Source: a virus
Lineage: Duplodnaviria; Caudoviricetes
DNA: 64,000 bases
IMG/VR virus record: IMGVR_UViG_3300036868_000046
Location: 14,783-78,782 of that record
Strand: one strand, 5' to 3'
Shown here: positions 7,541 through 16,687 of the stretch, piece after piece
How positions within the stretch are numbered: the stretch's first letter is position 1
Layout of the letters: each line of letters opens with the position of its first letter
Notes under the pieces: generated by a model
The model's input: the letters and a program-made list of their open reading frames with translations, nothing else
Database searches by the model: none
What the model was told of the DNA's origin: nothing
Made by a program: the position numbers and the translations under genes

Positions 7541-10030
7541 TCAGCCGCCCAGGAGAATGACCTTACCCGGATTGCCGGCGGATCCAGCCACGGATATGCC
7601 GCCGCCCGCAGCACCACCTGCACCTCCGGTCACATCCGTGGTCGGGAACGTCGTGCCGGTGGTCATCGAGATGACCACGTAGCCGCCACCACCACCGCCG
7701 CCACCACCGGAGTTGATCGTCGCGTTGCCCGCGCCGCCGGCGCCGCCTTTGGCGGACACCGTGATGTTCGTCGGGTTCGTGATCTGGCCGGTGATGAGGA
7801 CGACGTAGCCACCGCCCGACCCGCCGCCACCGCCCGACCCACCGACCGCACCGCCGCCGGAGGCGCCGCCGGTGCCGCCGCAGACCGCGGTGGAGGTTGA
7901 AAGGCGCAACCGGGCGGCGGTGGCGCGCACGAAGTTGTTGAGCGAGCCGTTGGTGTCGGGGGAGAGGGTGGGCGCCGTCGATCCGACGCCGCCGGTGAAC
8001 CCCGTGCCTGCGCCGCCAGAGCCACCGAGCCCCGCCTGAAACGACGTGGGCCACTCGCCGGAGACCGGCGCCTGCCCGGTCTGCCCGTTGGATGCAGCAG
8101 GCGCGGAGACGCCGGCGCCCGACGCGGTGACCAGCGTGCCGTTGCCGGTGAACGCCGCACCACCCGCCGCGCTACCGCCGGCGCCGTTGCCGGCCGTGCC
8201 GGGCAGCCCGATCATCTGGATGGTGAGCGTGCCGGAGCTCGGGCCGGCGAGCGTCTTGGCGTAGATCACGAAGCCGCCGGTGTTGATCACCGCCGAGGTC
8301 GTCGCGGAGGCGACCGACCAGTACATGTCGCGGGTCAGGGTGACGGTTCCCGAGAACGTGGTGGCGCCGTCGCTGCCGTCGCCGGCCAGGAGAACCGTGG
8401 ATGGGGCCGAGGTCACGTTGGCGCTCGCGGTGACGGTGGAGCCGTTGAGCCCGAACGAGACGCCGTTCGAGTTCGAGAACACCACCGTGCCCGCTCCCAC
8501 GGATGCCGTGCCGGCGCTGATCGCGACCCCGCCGCCCGGGACCGTGTAGCTGCCGGTGACCGTCGAGCCGTTGAGCCCGAACGAGAGACCGTTGGAGTTC
8601 GAGAACACCACCGTGCCCGCGCCCACCGACGCGGTCCCCGCGCTGATGGCCGCCGGCGCCGTCGACTGCGTGTAGCTCGCGGTGACGGTGGAGCCGTTGA
8701 GGCCGAACGAGACGCCGTTCGAGTTCGAGAACACCACCGTGCCTGCACCGACGGATGCGGCGCCGGCGCTGATCGCCGCCGGTGCGGTGGGCACGGTGTA
8801 GCTGCCGGTGACCGTCGAGCCGTTGAGGCCGAAGGCGAGGCCGTTGGAGTTCGAGAACACGACGGTCCCGGCGCCGACGGATGCGGCGCCGGCGCTGATG
8901 GCGGCTGGGGCGGTCGACTGCGTGTAGCTCGCCGTGATGCGCGTCGAGCCGCTCAGGCCGAACGACACGCCGTTGGAGTTCGAGAACACGATGGTCCCGC
9001 TCGTCGCCGTCTGCGTGCCGGCGGCGATCGCCCCGGGCGCGGTCGACTGCGAGTAGCTCGCCGTGACCGTGGAGCTCGACAGGCCGAACGTGACACCGTT
9101 CGAGTTCGAGAACACCACGACCCCGCTCGTCGCCGTCTGCGTGCCTGCGGCGAGGCCGACGCCCGACGCCGTACCACCGGCGGTCTGCACCGAGGCGGTC
9201 ACCGTGCCGTTGGAGAGGCCGAACGAGACGCCGTTCGAGTTCGAGAACACGACGGTCCCCGCGCTCCGGCTCTGCGTGCCGGCGCTCACCACGAGCGGTG
9301 AGTAGCTCGCCGTCACCGTCGAGTTGCTCATCCCGAACGAGATGCCGTTCGAGTTCGAGAAGTCGACGACGCCGCTCGTCGCCGACTGGGTTCCCGCGCT
9401 GACCGCCACGCCCGCGCTCGTGATGTCCTCGCTGAGCGCCGCGAAGCCGATGTTGACGACGGGGCTTCCGGGGTTGATGGGAGGGACGCCGCTGCGCCGG
9501 ACCCGCATCCAGGCGGCGGCGATCACGCCGGACTGGCCGCCCGGCCCCTGCGAGAACACGAACGGCTGCGCCCAGTCGGTCGTGCCGTCGACCGACACCT
9601 CGACGATGAGCGTCCCGCCGAACGCGCCGCCGACCTGCACCGTCTTGAACAGGCCCAGCACCGCCGTGACGTCCACCGCGGCGCCCGCCCCCGTGCCGGC
9701 CGGCACCGGCAACGAGACGAACGACACGCCCGAGGCCGTGCCGCCGATGTTCACCTGCGACGTGCCACCGAAGGTCGCGTTGAACCCGGACGACCGCACG
9801 CGCATCCAGCGCGCCGCGACCTGGACCGTCGTGGATCCGGAGTTCTGGATGCTCGCGACCGACTGCCACGAGCCGCCCTGCGCGGCGTCGTTGTTGTATT
9901 CGATGTTGATGGTCCGCTGTGCGGTGCCGACCACCACGATGGTCTTGGTCGCACCGAACGCAGAGACGTCCACGGATGCGCCGACGCCGTTGGCCACCGG
10001 GACGGGGAGCGAAACGAACAGGTTGCTCAC
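7541..10030 (-). CDS. Large Gly/Ser/Thr-rich spike or fibre protein with internal repeats
   Basis: GTG start with GGAGG RBS; duplicated N-terminal ~100-aa domain, eight FSNSNG repeats and a Gly-rich C-terminal domain. Confidence 0.8.
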   Translation of the reverse strand: MSNLFVSLPVPVANGVGASVDVSAFGATKTIVVVGTAQRTINIEYNNDAAQGGSWQSVASIQNSGSTTVQVAARWMRVRSSGFNATFGGTSQVNIGGTASGVSFVSLPVPAGTGAGAAVDVTAVLGLFKTVQVGGAFGGTLIVEVSVDGTTDWAQPFVFSQGPGGQSGVIAAAWMRVRRSGVPPINPGSPVVNIGFAALSEDITSAGVAVSAGTQSATSGVVDFSNSNGISFGMSNSTVTASYSPLVVSAGTQSRSAGTVVFSNSNGVSFGLSNGTVTASVQTAGGTASGVGLAAGTQTATSGVVVFSNSNGVTFGLSSSTVTASYSQSTAPGAIAAGTQTATSGTIVFSNSNGVSFGLSGSTRITASYTQSTAPAAISAGAASVGAGTVVFSNSNGLAFGLNGSTVTGSYTVPTAPAAISAGAASVGAGTVVFSNSNGVSFGLNGSTVTASYTQSTAPAAISAGTASVGAGTVVFSNSNGLSFGLNGSTVTGSYTVPGGGVAISAGTASVGAGTVVFSNSNGVSFGLNGSTVTASANVTSAPSTVLLAGDGSDGATTFSGTVTLTRDMYWSVASATTSAVINTGGFVIYAKTLAGPSSGTLTIQMIGLPGTAGNGAGGSAAGGAAFTGNGTLVTASGAGVSAPAASNGQTGQAPVSGEWPTSFQAGLGGSGGAGTGFTGGVGSTAPTLSPDTNGSLNNFVRATAARLRLSTSTAVCGGTGGASGGGAVGGSGGGGGSGGGYVVLITGQITNPTNITVSAKGGAGGAGNATINSGGGGGGGGGYVVISMTTGTTFPTTDVTGGAGGAAGGGISVAGSAGNPGKVILLGG
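8420..9406 (-). repeat. Eight in-frame ~38-45-aa repeats (AISAG..SG/AG.VVFSNSNGVSFGL.GSTVTASY)
   Basis: Directly visible in the translation and the DNA. Confidence 0.9.
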
Positions 10031-10062
10031 GGATATACCTCCACTTGGGCTTTCGGGGCCGT

Positions 10063-11559
10063 CTACCGCCACACGGGGCGGCCGAGCTGCTCGCCCGGCT
10101 CGTCGATGAAGTGGAGGCTTCCGAACGCGTCCTGGATCTCGGAGAGCTCGACCTCGTCCGGGTCCATGTCATCCACGAGGTCGGCGCGCGACAGGTTGAG
10201 GAGCTGCTCGCGGTTCGCGACGAGGAGCTGCTTCTTGAAGTCTTCCAGCGACAGGCCCTGGTAGCCCGGCATGCCTCGGAGCGCGCGCCAGACCGCAGCG
10301 ATGAACACCTTGTCGCTGCCGTAGCGACCCATCGCCCGGCCGCTCGGACCCTTCCGCTCTCGCACCGAGGGCAAGACCGACAGCACTGCCTGCGCCAGAT
10401 CCCCGATCGAATGGGGGGACGCCGTGGCGACGATCGTGCGCGGCACTGGCGGTGGCGATGGCGGCGCAACCGGCGTGTCCACGACGAAGTGATACGTCGC
10501 GATGTCGTCGTAGGTCTCCGACTCGGCGACCTCGTTCGGGTTCATCGCCGCCACGAGATCCGCGCGCGCCAGCACGAGCTGCCGAGCGCGGTGCGCCTTG
10601 GTGAGCTCGTGTTTGAACTCCGGGAAAGCCATCCCGCCCATCCGCGGATCGTTCGCCAGGACGCGCCAGATCGCGCTGATGAACACCTTGCGATCGCCGA
10701 ACCGGCCGCGCCAGCGTCCATCTGGATCGGTCTCGGCGCGGATGGTCGGCATCACGGAGCGAACGATCGCGGCCAGCGCGGCTGGATCGGGTCGCGCGCG
10801 CCGGACCGGAGCTGGAGCTGGAGCCGGCGAGGGCGACAGGACCGCTTCGCGAAACGCCTGGATGCCGGCCGGCTTGGCCAGAAACCTGGCGTTCTCATCC
10901 TTCGCGTCCTCGTTGCCGGTGAAGAACAGGAACCTGTCGACGTACTGCGGGTAGTTGTCGCGCACGTAGTGGAAGAAGTCGATGCCGCTCTTGTCGCCGA
11001 TCACGTCGACGTCCGAGACGATCAGCACCGGCTCGAGGAACCGCAGGTTGCCGATCATGCCGTCGACGTTGTCCGAGACGACGACATGCGCCCCCGGGAT
11101 GATCTTCTTGATCATCCGGGTCGTCGACTTCTGCAGCGCCGGCTCGTCCTCGAGCAAGAGGACCGTGGCCTCCCCCGCGTTGCGCTTGACGGGGTTTGGA
11201 TGGATGCCACCCCGCGGCTCCGCGCCACCCTCCCATCCGACCTCGATGTCGTCGCCCCGGCGTTCGACCTCGACGGTGAACGTCGGGACCGAGATGTCGG
11301 CCCGCGCCGCGGCGTCGACGTAGGAGTCCGGCGCTTCGCCGATCGCGAGCTGGACCAGGCACTCCCCAATGTCCACGCCGCCACCGGCGCGCCGCAGCCG
11401 GTGCGCGACGTCGAGCACGCCCTCGTGGTTGGCGAGCTCGTAGAGGTCGGCCAGCTCTCCAGCCGCCTCCACGATGGCCTTGGGCGCCCGACCGACGCCT
11501 CCGATCTGGTCACGCCAGATCGCGGCGGCCATCTCCAGGATGAGTGCCTGTCGCGTCAT
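10063..11559 (-). CDS. Multidomain protein: response-regulator receiver (REC) domain plus two tandem helical repeat domains
   Basis: VLLLEDEP...LIVSDVDV...FLFFTG...FLAKP receiver motifs; duplicated G(R)FG.KVFI.A.WR...F.K.L..A.R...L.L.RADLV..M.P.EV..SE domain. Confidence 0.75.
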   Translation of the reverse strand: MTRQALILEMAAAIWRDQIGGVGRAPKAIVEAAGELADLYELANHEGVLDVAHRLRRAGGGVDIGECLVQLAIGEAPDSYVDAAARADISVPTFTVEVERRGDDIEVGWEGGAEPRGGIHPNPVKRNAGEATVLLLEDEPALQKSTTRMIKKIIPGAHVVVSDNVDGMIGNLRFLEPVLIVSDVDVIGDKSGIDFFHYVRDNYPQYVDRFLFFTGNEDAKDENARFLAKPAGIQAFREAVLSPSPAPAPAPVRRARPDPAALAAIVRSVMPTIRAETDPDGRWRGRFGDRKVFISAIWRVLANDPRMGGMAFPEFKHELTKAHRARQLVLARADLVAAMNPNEVAESETYDDIATYHFVVDTPVAPPSPPPVPRTIVATASPHSIGDLAQAVLSVLPSVRERKGPSGRAMGRYGSDKVFIAAVWRALRGMPGYQGLSLEDFKKQLLVANREQLLNLSRADLVDDMDPDEVELSEIQDAFGSLHFIDEPGEQLGRPVWR

Positions 11560-11562
11560 GCC

Positions 11563-12063
11563 TCAGGCATCCCGGGCGCGGTTGTCCTCGATGACGAGCC
11601 GCTTCTTGCAGAGCGTGGCGCCGGTGTGCACCTGGCCCTGCACGTGCGCGGCGCGCCCCGCCTCCCAGGTGCACTGGAACGGCTCGATCGAGATCCGCCC
11701 GATGGAGGCGATCTCGACCAGCTCGCGCGCGCCCGCGACCGCAATGCGCTGGCGCATCGGGTTGAGCGCATGCGGCGCGAAGTCGATCGCCTTGCGGTCT
11801 CCCCGGACGGTCAGAAGCTTCTGGCAGCCGGGGCAGACCAGGTGGACCTTGAGCGGTTCACCCGGGATCGCGTAGACGTCGAGCGTCAGGAACGTGTCCT
11901 TGTAGACGACCACGACCTCCTGCTTGCTCGAGGGCCCGGCCGCGCCCAGAAGCCCAGGGTGACCTTCCGGGCCCGGGGCATCGCCGGCCAGCTGCACGCA
12001 CTGCCGGCTCGTCCCGAGCAGCGACTGCACCTGGGGGTCCTGTAGGTCGATGGTGACTGTCAC
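11563..12063 (-). CDS. Hypothetical protein with CxxC
   Basis: GTG overlaps the upstream stop; VCPGCQK. Confidence 0.6.
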   Translation of the reverse strand: MTVTIDLQDPQVQSLLGTSRQCVQLAGDAPGPEGHPGLLGAAGPSSKQEVVVVYKDTFLTLDVYAIPGEPLKVHLVCPGCQKLLTVRGDRKAIDFAPHALNPMRQRIAVAGARELVEIASIGRISIEPFQCTWEAGRAAHVQGQVHTGATLCKKRLVIEDNRARDA

Positions 12064-12323
12064 GACGCCGGCTTTCTGCGCAGGAGGATGAACGCGATGG
12101 CGGCCACCGCGGCGCCACCGATGACCAGGGTGCTCGTGCTGATGCCCTGGGCATTCAGCGCCGTCTGGAGGTCCCGGTTGGCCTGGTCGGCGGCGCCCGC
12201 CTGGCGCTGGCCCGAGCCGTAGAACCGCAGGACGGATCCGACGCCCCCCAGAATGTCGTCCCAGGTGCTGCCGAAGCCGGAGTAGCCGGCCCGGCTGATG
12301 AGGGTGTCCTTGACGTACGGCAT
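12060..12323 (-). CDS. Small virion membrane protein
   Basis: GGAGG RBS; MPYVK leader, SGFGS motif, C-terminal TM followed by RRK. Confidence 0.7.
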   Translation of the reverse strand: MPYVKDTLISRAGYSGFGSTWDDILGGVGSVLRFYGSGQRQAGAADQANRDLQTALNAQGISTSTLVIGGAAVAAIAFILLRRKPAS

Positions 12324-12328
12324 GGAGA

Positions 12329-12688
12329 TCACCTCCGCGTGAGGAGCACGACGAGCAGCACGGCGCCGCCGGCGAGCGCGATCTTGGTGGTCGTCGACAT
12401 GCCCGGCGCGGCGACCGGCGGCGCCGTGGGCGCCGGCGGCGACAGGATGGCGCCGATCGCCGAGCCGAGCCGATCCCAGGTCGATGGGCAGCGACCTGCG
12501 CCGTTCGGGTCACCGTACGTCGATCCGTCCGCGTTGAACGTCACGTAGCCGCCGTCGGTGGTCGCGCAGTAGTTGCCGGGCTGCCGGTACGAGTCACAGG
12601 CCGGGATCGAGGCGCACGGCGTCTCGTCGGTGAACGTGGTGCCGAGGCCCAGGAGCGCGGGGCGCCTGTACTTGTTGTAATACGCCAT
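12329..12688 (-). CDS. Small virion membrane protein
   Basis: MAYYNKY leader, LLGLGT motif, Cys-containing ectodomain, C-terminal TM followed by RR. Confidence 0.7.
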   Translation of the reverse strand: MAYYNKYRRPALLGLGTTFTDETPCASIPACDSYRQPGNYCATTDGGYVTFNADGSTYGDPNGAGRCPSTWDRLGSAIGAILSPPAPTAPPVAAPGMSTTTKIALAGGAVLLVVLLTRR

Positions 12689-12689
12689 C

Positions 12690-13034
12690 TTATCGACCCT
12701 TCTTCGTGAGCAGATAATACGCCAGTCCGCCGCCGGCCACGAGCAGAAGCAGCGATCCGGCGCCGCCGGACTCGGTCGGCGGGGTGGTCGAGGTCGACGT
12801 CGAGCTCGAGTCCGGGAAGAACAGATCCCGGAGCTCGTTGAACCAGGGTTGGTCGTCCGGCGGCGCGCAGACCTGCCCCGGGCGCCGCCAGGGCGAATCG
12901 GCCGGCAGCTCCGAGCAGTCGACGCGGTTCGGCCCCGTCGACCCGACGATCGTGCTTCCGCCGTCGTCGAACGTGCCATCGTCCTGACCTGGGTGGGTGA
13001 CCGGGCCATCGCCCATCGGGCGGATGTAGCTCAT
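12690..13034 (-). CDS. Small virion membrane protein
   Basis: MSYIRPMGD leader, C-terminal TM followed by KKGR. Confidence 0.7.
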   Translation of the reverse strand: MSYIRPMGDGPVTHPGQDDGTFDDGGSTIVGSTGPNRVDCSELPADSPWRRPGQVCAPPDDQPWFNELRDLFFPDSSSTSTSTTPPTESGGAGSLLLLVAGGGLAYYLLTKKGR

Positions 13035-13528
13035 GACGTCCTCCGCAAGAGCAAGTAGCCCACGACGGCCGCCCCGCCGAGGAGGAGCACGGTCTGCAGG
13101 GGGAACCCGCTGTCCCCCGATCCGTCGGGCAGATCCACCGGGGGCGGTGGTGGCCCGGAGGCCACGGTCGGCGGGCGCTGGACCGGCGCCGATCCGCCAC
13201 CGCCCCCTCCACCGCCACCCGAGGACGTGGCCGGCGGCGTGCTGGCCGGCGGTGGTGGCGTGGTCGCCGGTGGCGTGGTCGCCGGCGGAGCTTGCGCCGC
13301 GATGGACTGGGCGAGCTGGCCGCTCAAGTTCCGCGCCGCGCCCCAGATGCCGCCGCTCAGGCGGCGATCGGGGCCCGGCCGAACCGGCACAGGCGTCGGG
13401 GCCGGCGTGGACCCGGGGCGCGTCGGAACCCGCGCGGGCGTGGACCCGGGGCGCATCGGTACGGACGCGCCGCCCGGTAGCCGAACCTGCGACCAGAGTC
13501 CCAGCGCTCTGTGCTTGACGTACGACAT
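13031..13528 (-). CDS. Pro/Gly-rich virion membrane protein
   Basis: MSYVKHRALG leader, C-terminal TM followed by RR. Confidence 0.7.
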   Translation of the reverse strand: MSYVKHRALGLWSQVRLPGGASVPMRPGSTPARVPTRPGSTPAPTPVPVRPGPDRRLSGGIWGAARNLSGQLAQSIAAQAPPATTPPATTPPPPASTPPATSSGGGGGGGGGSAPVQRPPTVASGPPPPPVDLPDGSGDSGFPLQTVLLLGGAAVVGYLLLRRTS

Positions 13529-13839
13529 CAGCGCCGCCCGCGGTGGCCTCCACCGCCGTGGTGGTGCCGCCCCCCGCCTCCGCCCCCGCGCCAGTTCGGG
13601 CGGAAGCCAGAGCCCCAGCCGGGTTGCCAGAACTCGACCGGGCCGTAATCGACCACGTCCGGCTCGTCGAGCTCCGGCGCCGCTGCCTGGGCGGTCAGCG
13701 GCTGCATGACCGGACCACCGCTCTGGTTCACCGTCGAGGCGCCGCTCGATTGCCCGGTCGACGCATCGTCCTTCTTCCGGATGAAGAAGTACCAGACGGC
13801 GATGCCGCCGCCGATCCACAGAAGGGTCGAGTTCTTCAT
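13528..13839 (-). CDS. Small membrane protein with N-terminal TM and Gly/His/Arg tail
   Basis: LLWIGGGIAVWYFFIRKK; coupled to its neighbours. Confidence 0.65.
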   Translation of the reverse strand: MKNSTLLWIGGGIAVWYFFIRKKDDASTGQSSGASTVNQSGGPVMQPLTAQAAAPELDEPDVVDYGPVEFWQPGWGSGFRPNWRGGGGGGRHHHGGGGHRGRR

Positions 13840-14189
13840 TTGGCCGCCTGTCCTTTCGCGATCTCGTAGCCGATCCACATCGGCAGCCCGATAGCGACCG
13901 CGATGATCGTGGGTAGCACCCAGACGTGCTCTTGAGAGTACACGTAGGCGCGGAGCGCCGGCACCGCGCGGCGAAGGCCGATGCCGCCCGTCTGGCTCGG
14001 ATCGTCGGGCGTCTCGTTGCAAGCCGCCGGGGTCTCGCCGCGGTCGATCGACTTGAGCTGGCCGACGCGGCACACGACCTCGTTGAGGTACGGATCGGCC
14101 AGGATGTCGGAGGCGGCGCCGATGACGCCGCCGATGTCACCCATGCCTGCCCGGATCGGGCGACGGCGGCGAGTCCTGCCATACGACAT
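13836..14189 (-). CDS. Small virion membrane protein
   Basis: MSYGR...RAGMGDIGG leader, C-terminal TM. Confidence 0.7.
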   Translation of the reverse strand: MSYGRTRRRRPIRAGMGDIGGVIGAASDILADPYLNEVVCRVGQLKSIDRGETPAACNETPDDPSQTGGIGLRRAVPALRAYVYSQEHVWVLPTIIAVAIGLPMWIGYEIAKGQAAK

Positions 14190-14806
14190 CAGGCGCGTCC
14201 CTTCTTCGTCCAGCTGTGGACGAGTTCCTTACCGCCGGCCTCGCGCCAGAAGAACCAGGCCAAGAACGTCAGGCCGCCGACCTTGAGCCAGAACCCATAG
14301 TCCGTGCAGGCCCCCGCTTCGATGCACGCCTTTTCCTCGCGGTCCTTGGCCACGTCGGCAGCCGTGCCGATCGCCGTGGTGATGACGAGCAAGAGGCCGC
14401 CGACGATGAGCACTGGCCAGGACAGCCAGGGCGTGCCGCCTGCGAACATCCCGCCCGTCGCTGTCGGGCCCGACACCGCCGCGGTCGACCCGTAGATCGC
14501 CAGCTGCGCGAGCTGCACCGCGCCCTGGGGGTTGAGCGACAGGTCCGCTTCCGGCAGCGTCTGGCCCTGCATCACGACCGAGAGCAGCGCTGAGAGCTTG
14601 TTCGCCAGGTCCTGCTCGATCGCTGGACTCCGCGCGCCCACGACCACCTGCTGCGCGTACGCCGTGGGCTTGCGCGTCTGCAGCGTGCCGGCCAGCACCT
14701 GGTCGTTGATGCTCCGGTACTTGAGCCAGGACGTGAGCGATCGCCGCATCTTGTCGAGCTCGACCTGGGCCTTCTGGACCTCGGCCGTCGTGATGGTCGT
14801 CGTCAT
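14189..14806 (-). CDS. Membrane protein with two C-terminal TM helices
   Basis: Hydrophobic segments WPVLIVGGLLLVIT and FWLKVGGLTFLAWFFW. Confidence 0.7.
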   Translation of the reverse strand: MTTTITTAEVQKAQVELDKMRRSLTSWLKYRSINDQVLAGTLQTRKPTAYAQQVVVGARSPAIEQDLANKLSALLSVVMQGQTLPEADLSLNPQGAVQLAQLAIYGSTAAVSGPTATGGMFAGGTPWLSWPVLIVGGLLLVITTAIGTAADVAKDREEKACIEAGACTDYGFWLKVGGLTFLAWFFWREAGGKELVHSWTKKGRA

Positions 14807-14810
14807 TGGC

Positions 14811-15284
14811 TCACCGGCCCTTTCTTGAAGGGTTCAAGACCAGCCAGGCCGCGACGAGGCCCACGCCGATGACCCAGATCGGGACACCGCCCGCATCCCC
14901 GCCCGCTGGTGGGAGACCCAGCGAGTCGGCGAACGCACCGATGGTCTGGGTCACATCGGCGAGGCGCATCGTCACGAAGTCGACCGGCGAAGCGAACCCG
15001 GCGTTGGCTGCCACGATCGCCGCCGCGGATCCTGCGTCGTGGAACTGGTTGTAGGAGTCGGTCGCCCGGCGCAGGTAGATCGTGATCGCGACCGTCGCCA
15101 GGTCGAGCGGCACGGTGCCGCTCGCCAGGAACGGCGTCGTGACGTACTGGTATCCGCTCGGCGCGGACGTGCCGAAGCGGTTCACCTGGCTCGACAGGAT
15201 CGCGACCGGATCCGTCGGCGCAGGCGCAGCGTCGCCCAGGCCACAACAGCCCAGCGACCCGTGCGCTGTGCTCAGGTACCCCAT
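14811..15284 (-). CDS. Virion membrane protein
   Basis: MGYLS...GLGDAAP leader, C-terminal TM followed by RKGR. Confidence 0.7.
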   Translation of the reverse strand: MGYLSTAHGSLGCCGLGDAAPAPTDPVAILSSQVNRFGTSAPSGYQYVTTPFLASGTVPLDLATVAITIYLRRATDSYNQFHDAGSAAAIVAANAGFASPVDFVTMRLADVTQTIGAFADSLGLPPAGGDAGGVPIWVIGVGLVAAWLVLNPSRKGR

Positions 15285-15904
15285 CACATGTTGACGATGC
15301 GGTATCCGATGAGGTCGACGTGGAGGATCCCCTGCGTCGGCGGCGTCGGCGACCCGTTGAACGTGATCGCGTTGTAGATCGGCACGAACTGGATCGCCGC
15401 GTTCGGCGACCAGAGTGTCGGCACGGGACACGGCACGATGTTGTCGGGCCGCGACAGCACGGGGCCCCGGGGGTTGTTCTGCATGAACCGCTGGGAGCCC
15501 GCGTCGTTGAGCTCGTACATGATGTCGATGATGTCCGTGTCGACGACCTGATCGGGGAGCGGGAAGGTCGACACCGGGCGCCACCGACCGAGGTTGGTGG
15601 CGGTGGACGGCAAGGACGGACGCCAGAGCGCCATCGGGTAGTGCGTCATGACGAACGGTCCGTCCTGCGACACCTGGATGATGATGGGCGTCCCGCGCTG
15701 CCCGGAATCGTCGGTCGTGAACGTGATCTCGCCCGACAGGATCATGTCGATCCGCCGACCGGGCGTGGCGTCGAGCTGCTCCTGGACCGATTGGGGCCGC
15801 TGCTGCAGCTGGTTGAACGCGTCGGTGAGATCGTTGAGCTGCTTCTGCAGGTTGCGGATCACGCCGGCGTGCTGGCGAAGTGCGGCTTGCTCGTTAGCGC
15901 CCAT
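15284..15904 (-). CDS. Putative single-jelly-roll major capsid protein 2
   Basis: About 206 aa, beta-rich, YELNDAGSQRFMQN...P...LWSPNAAI...LIGYRI pattern recalled from P23-77/sphaerolipovirus-type MCPs; adjacent to MCP1. Confidence 0.6.
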   Translation of the reverse strand: MGANEQAALRQHAGVIRNLQKQLNDLTDAFNQLQQRPQSVQEQLDATPGRRIDMILSGEITFTTDDSGQRGTPIIIQVSQDGPFVMTHYPMALWRPSLPSTATNLGRWRPVSTFPLPDQVVDTDIIDIMYELNDAGSQRFMQNNPRGPVLSRPDNIVPCPVPTLWSPNAAIQFVPIYNAITFNGSPTPPTQGILHVDLIGYRIVNM

Positions 15905-16002
15905 GAACACGGACTCCCATCGAAGAAAGGGGTTTCCTGGCTCTCGCCAGGACCGTTCGCGGCGCCCCGCGGGGCAGCGCCGGTGGTGAGATCACCTCGG
16001 GA

Positions 16003-16578
16003 CTACTGGACGTCGCGGGTCTGGAGGCCGTCCAGCATGAAGCCGATGACCTTGATGTCGTCGGTCGCGCCGGAGTTGAGGCCGTCGAGAGCCGACACCG
16101 AGCCGATCGGCGTGAAGTCAGCGCTCGCCGCGAAGTTCTGGCGGACCGGGACGACGATCGGGCGGGCCAGCTTCAGGATCGCCGGCTGCTCCGGCGTACC
16201 GTTGTTGAAGATGGAGACCGTCGAGTCGAAGCCCCAGACGCCACCGCCCTGGGGGAAGTACCAGGCCGGGGCCTGGAACATCGGCTTGTTGCCGACGGTC
16301 AGCGTCCAGAACAGCTGGCTGGTCACGTTCATGTAGTTCTGGCGGCGGTTCGTGCCGTCGAAGAACATGAGGCACCGCAGCGCCAGGATGACGTAGGTCT
16401 GATCGGAGGCGAGCTGACCTGCGGTCTGCAGGTTGGTCAGCGCCGTGTTGCCGATGTTCGCGTTGCCGAACAGCTTGGTGCTGTTCTGGATCGCGGGAGA
16501 TGGGTCACCCGACGTACGAACGAGGGTATCCCAGAACGGCTGATGGAGCCGCTCCTTGTAGCCGTGAAGACGAGGCAT
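16003..16578 (-). CDS. Putative single-jelly-roll major capsid protein 1
   Basis: 191 aa, beta-rich, QPFWDT...KLFG...TNLQ.AGQL...PIVVPVRQNF...MLDGLQTRDVQ; AAGGA RBS; directly downstream of the core protein gene. Confidence 0.65.
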   Translation of the reverse strand: MPRLHGYKERLHQPFWDTLVRTSGDPSPAIQNSTKLFGNANIGNTALTNLQTAGQLASDQTYVILALRCLMFFDGTNRRQNYMNVTSQLFWTLTVGNKPMFQAPAWYFPQGGGVWGFDSTVSIFNNGTPEQPAILKLARPIVVPVRQNFAASADFTPIGSVSALDGLNSGATDDIKVIGFMLDGLQTRDVQ

Positions 16579-16687
16579 GGTCGAGATCCTTCTGATGCAA
16601 TCGTTTTGGTTCGGCGCGCTGGGGACCATTCCGCCAACGCAACCAGGCTGGGGCCTCCAGCCACATCTCGGATCTCGGGGTCAGCGA

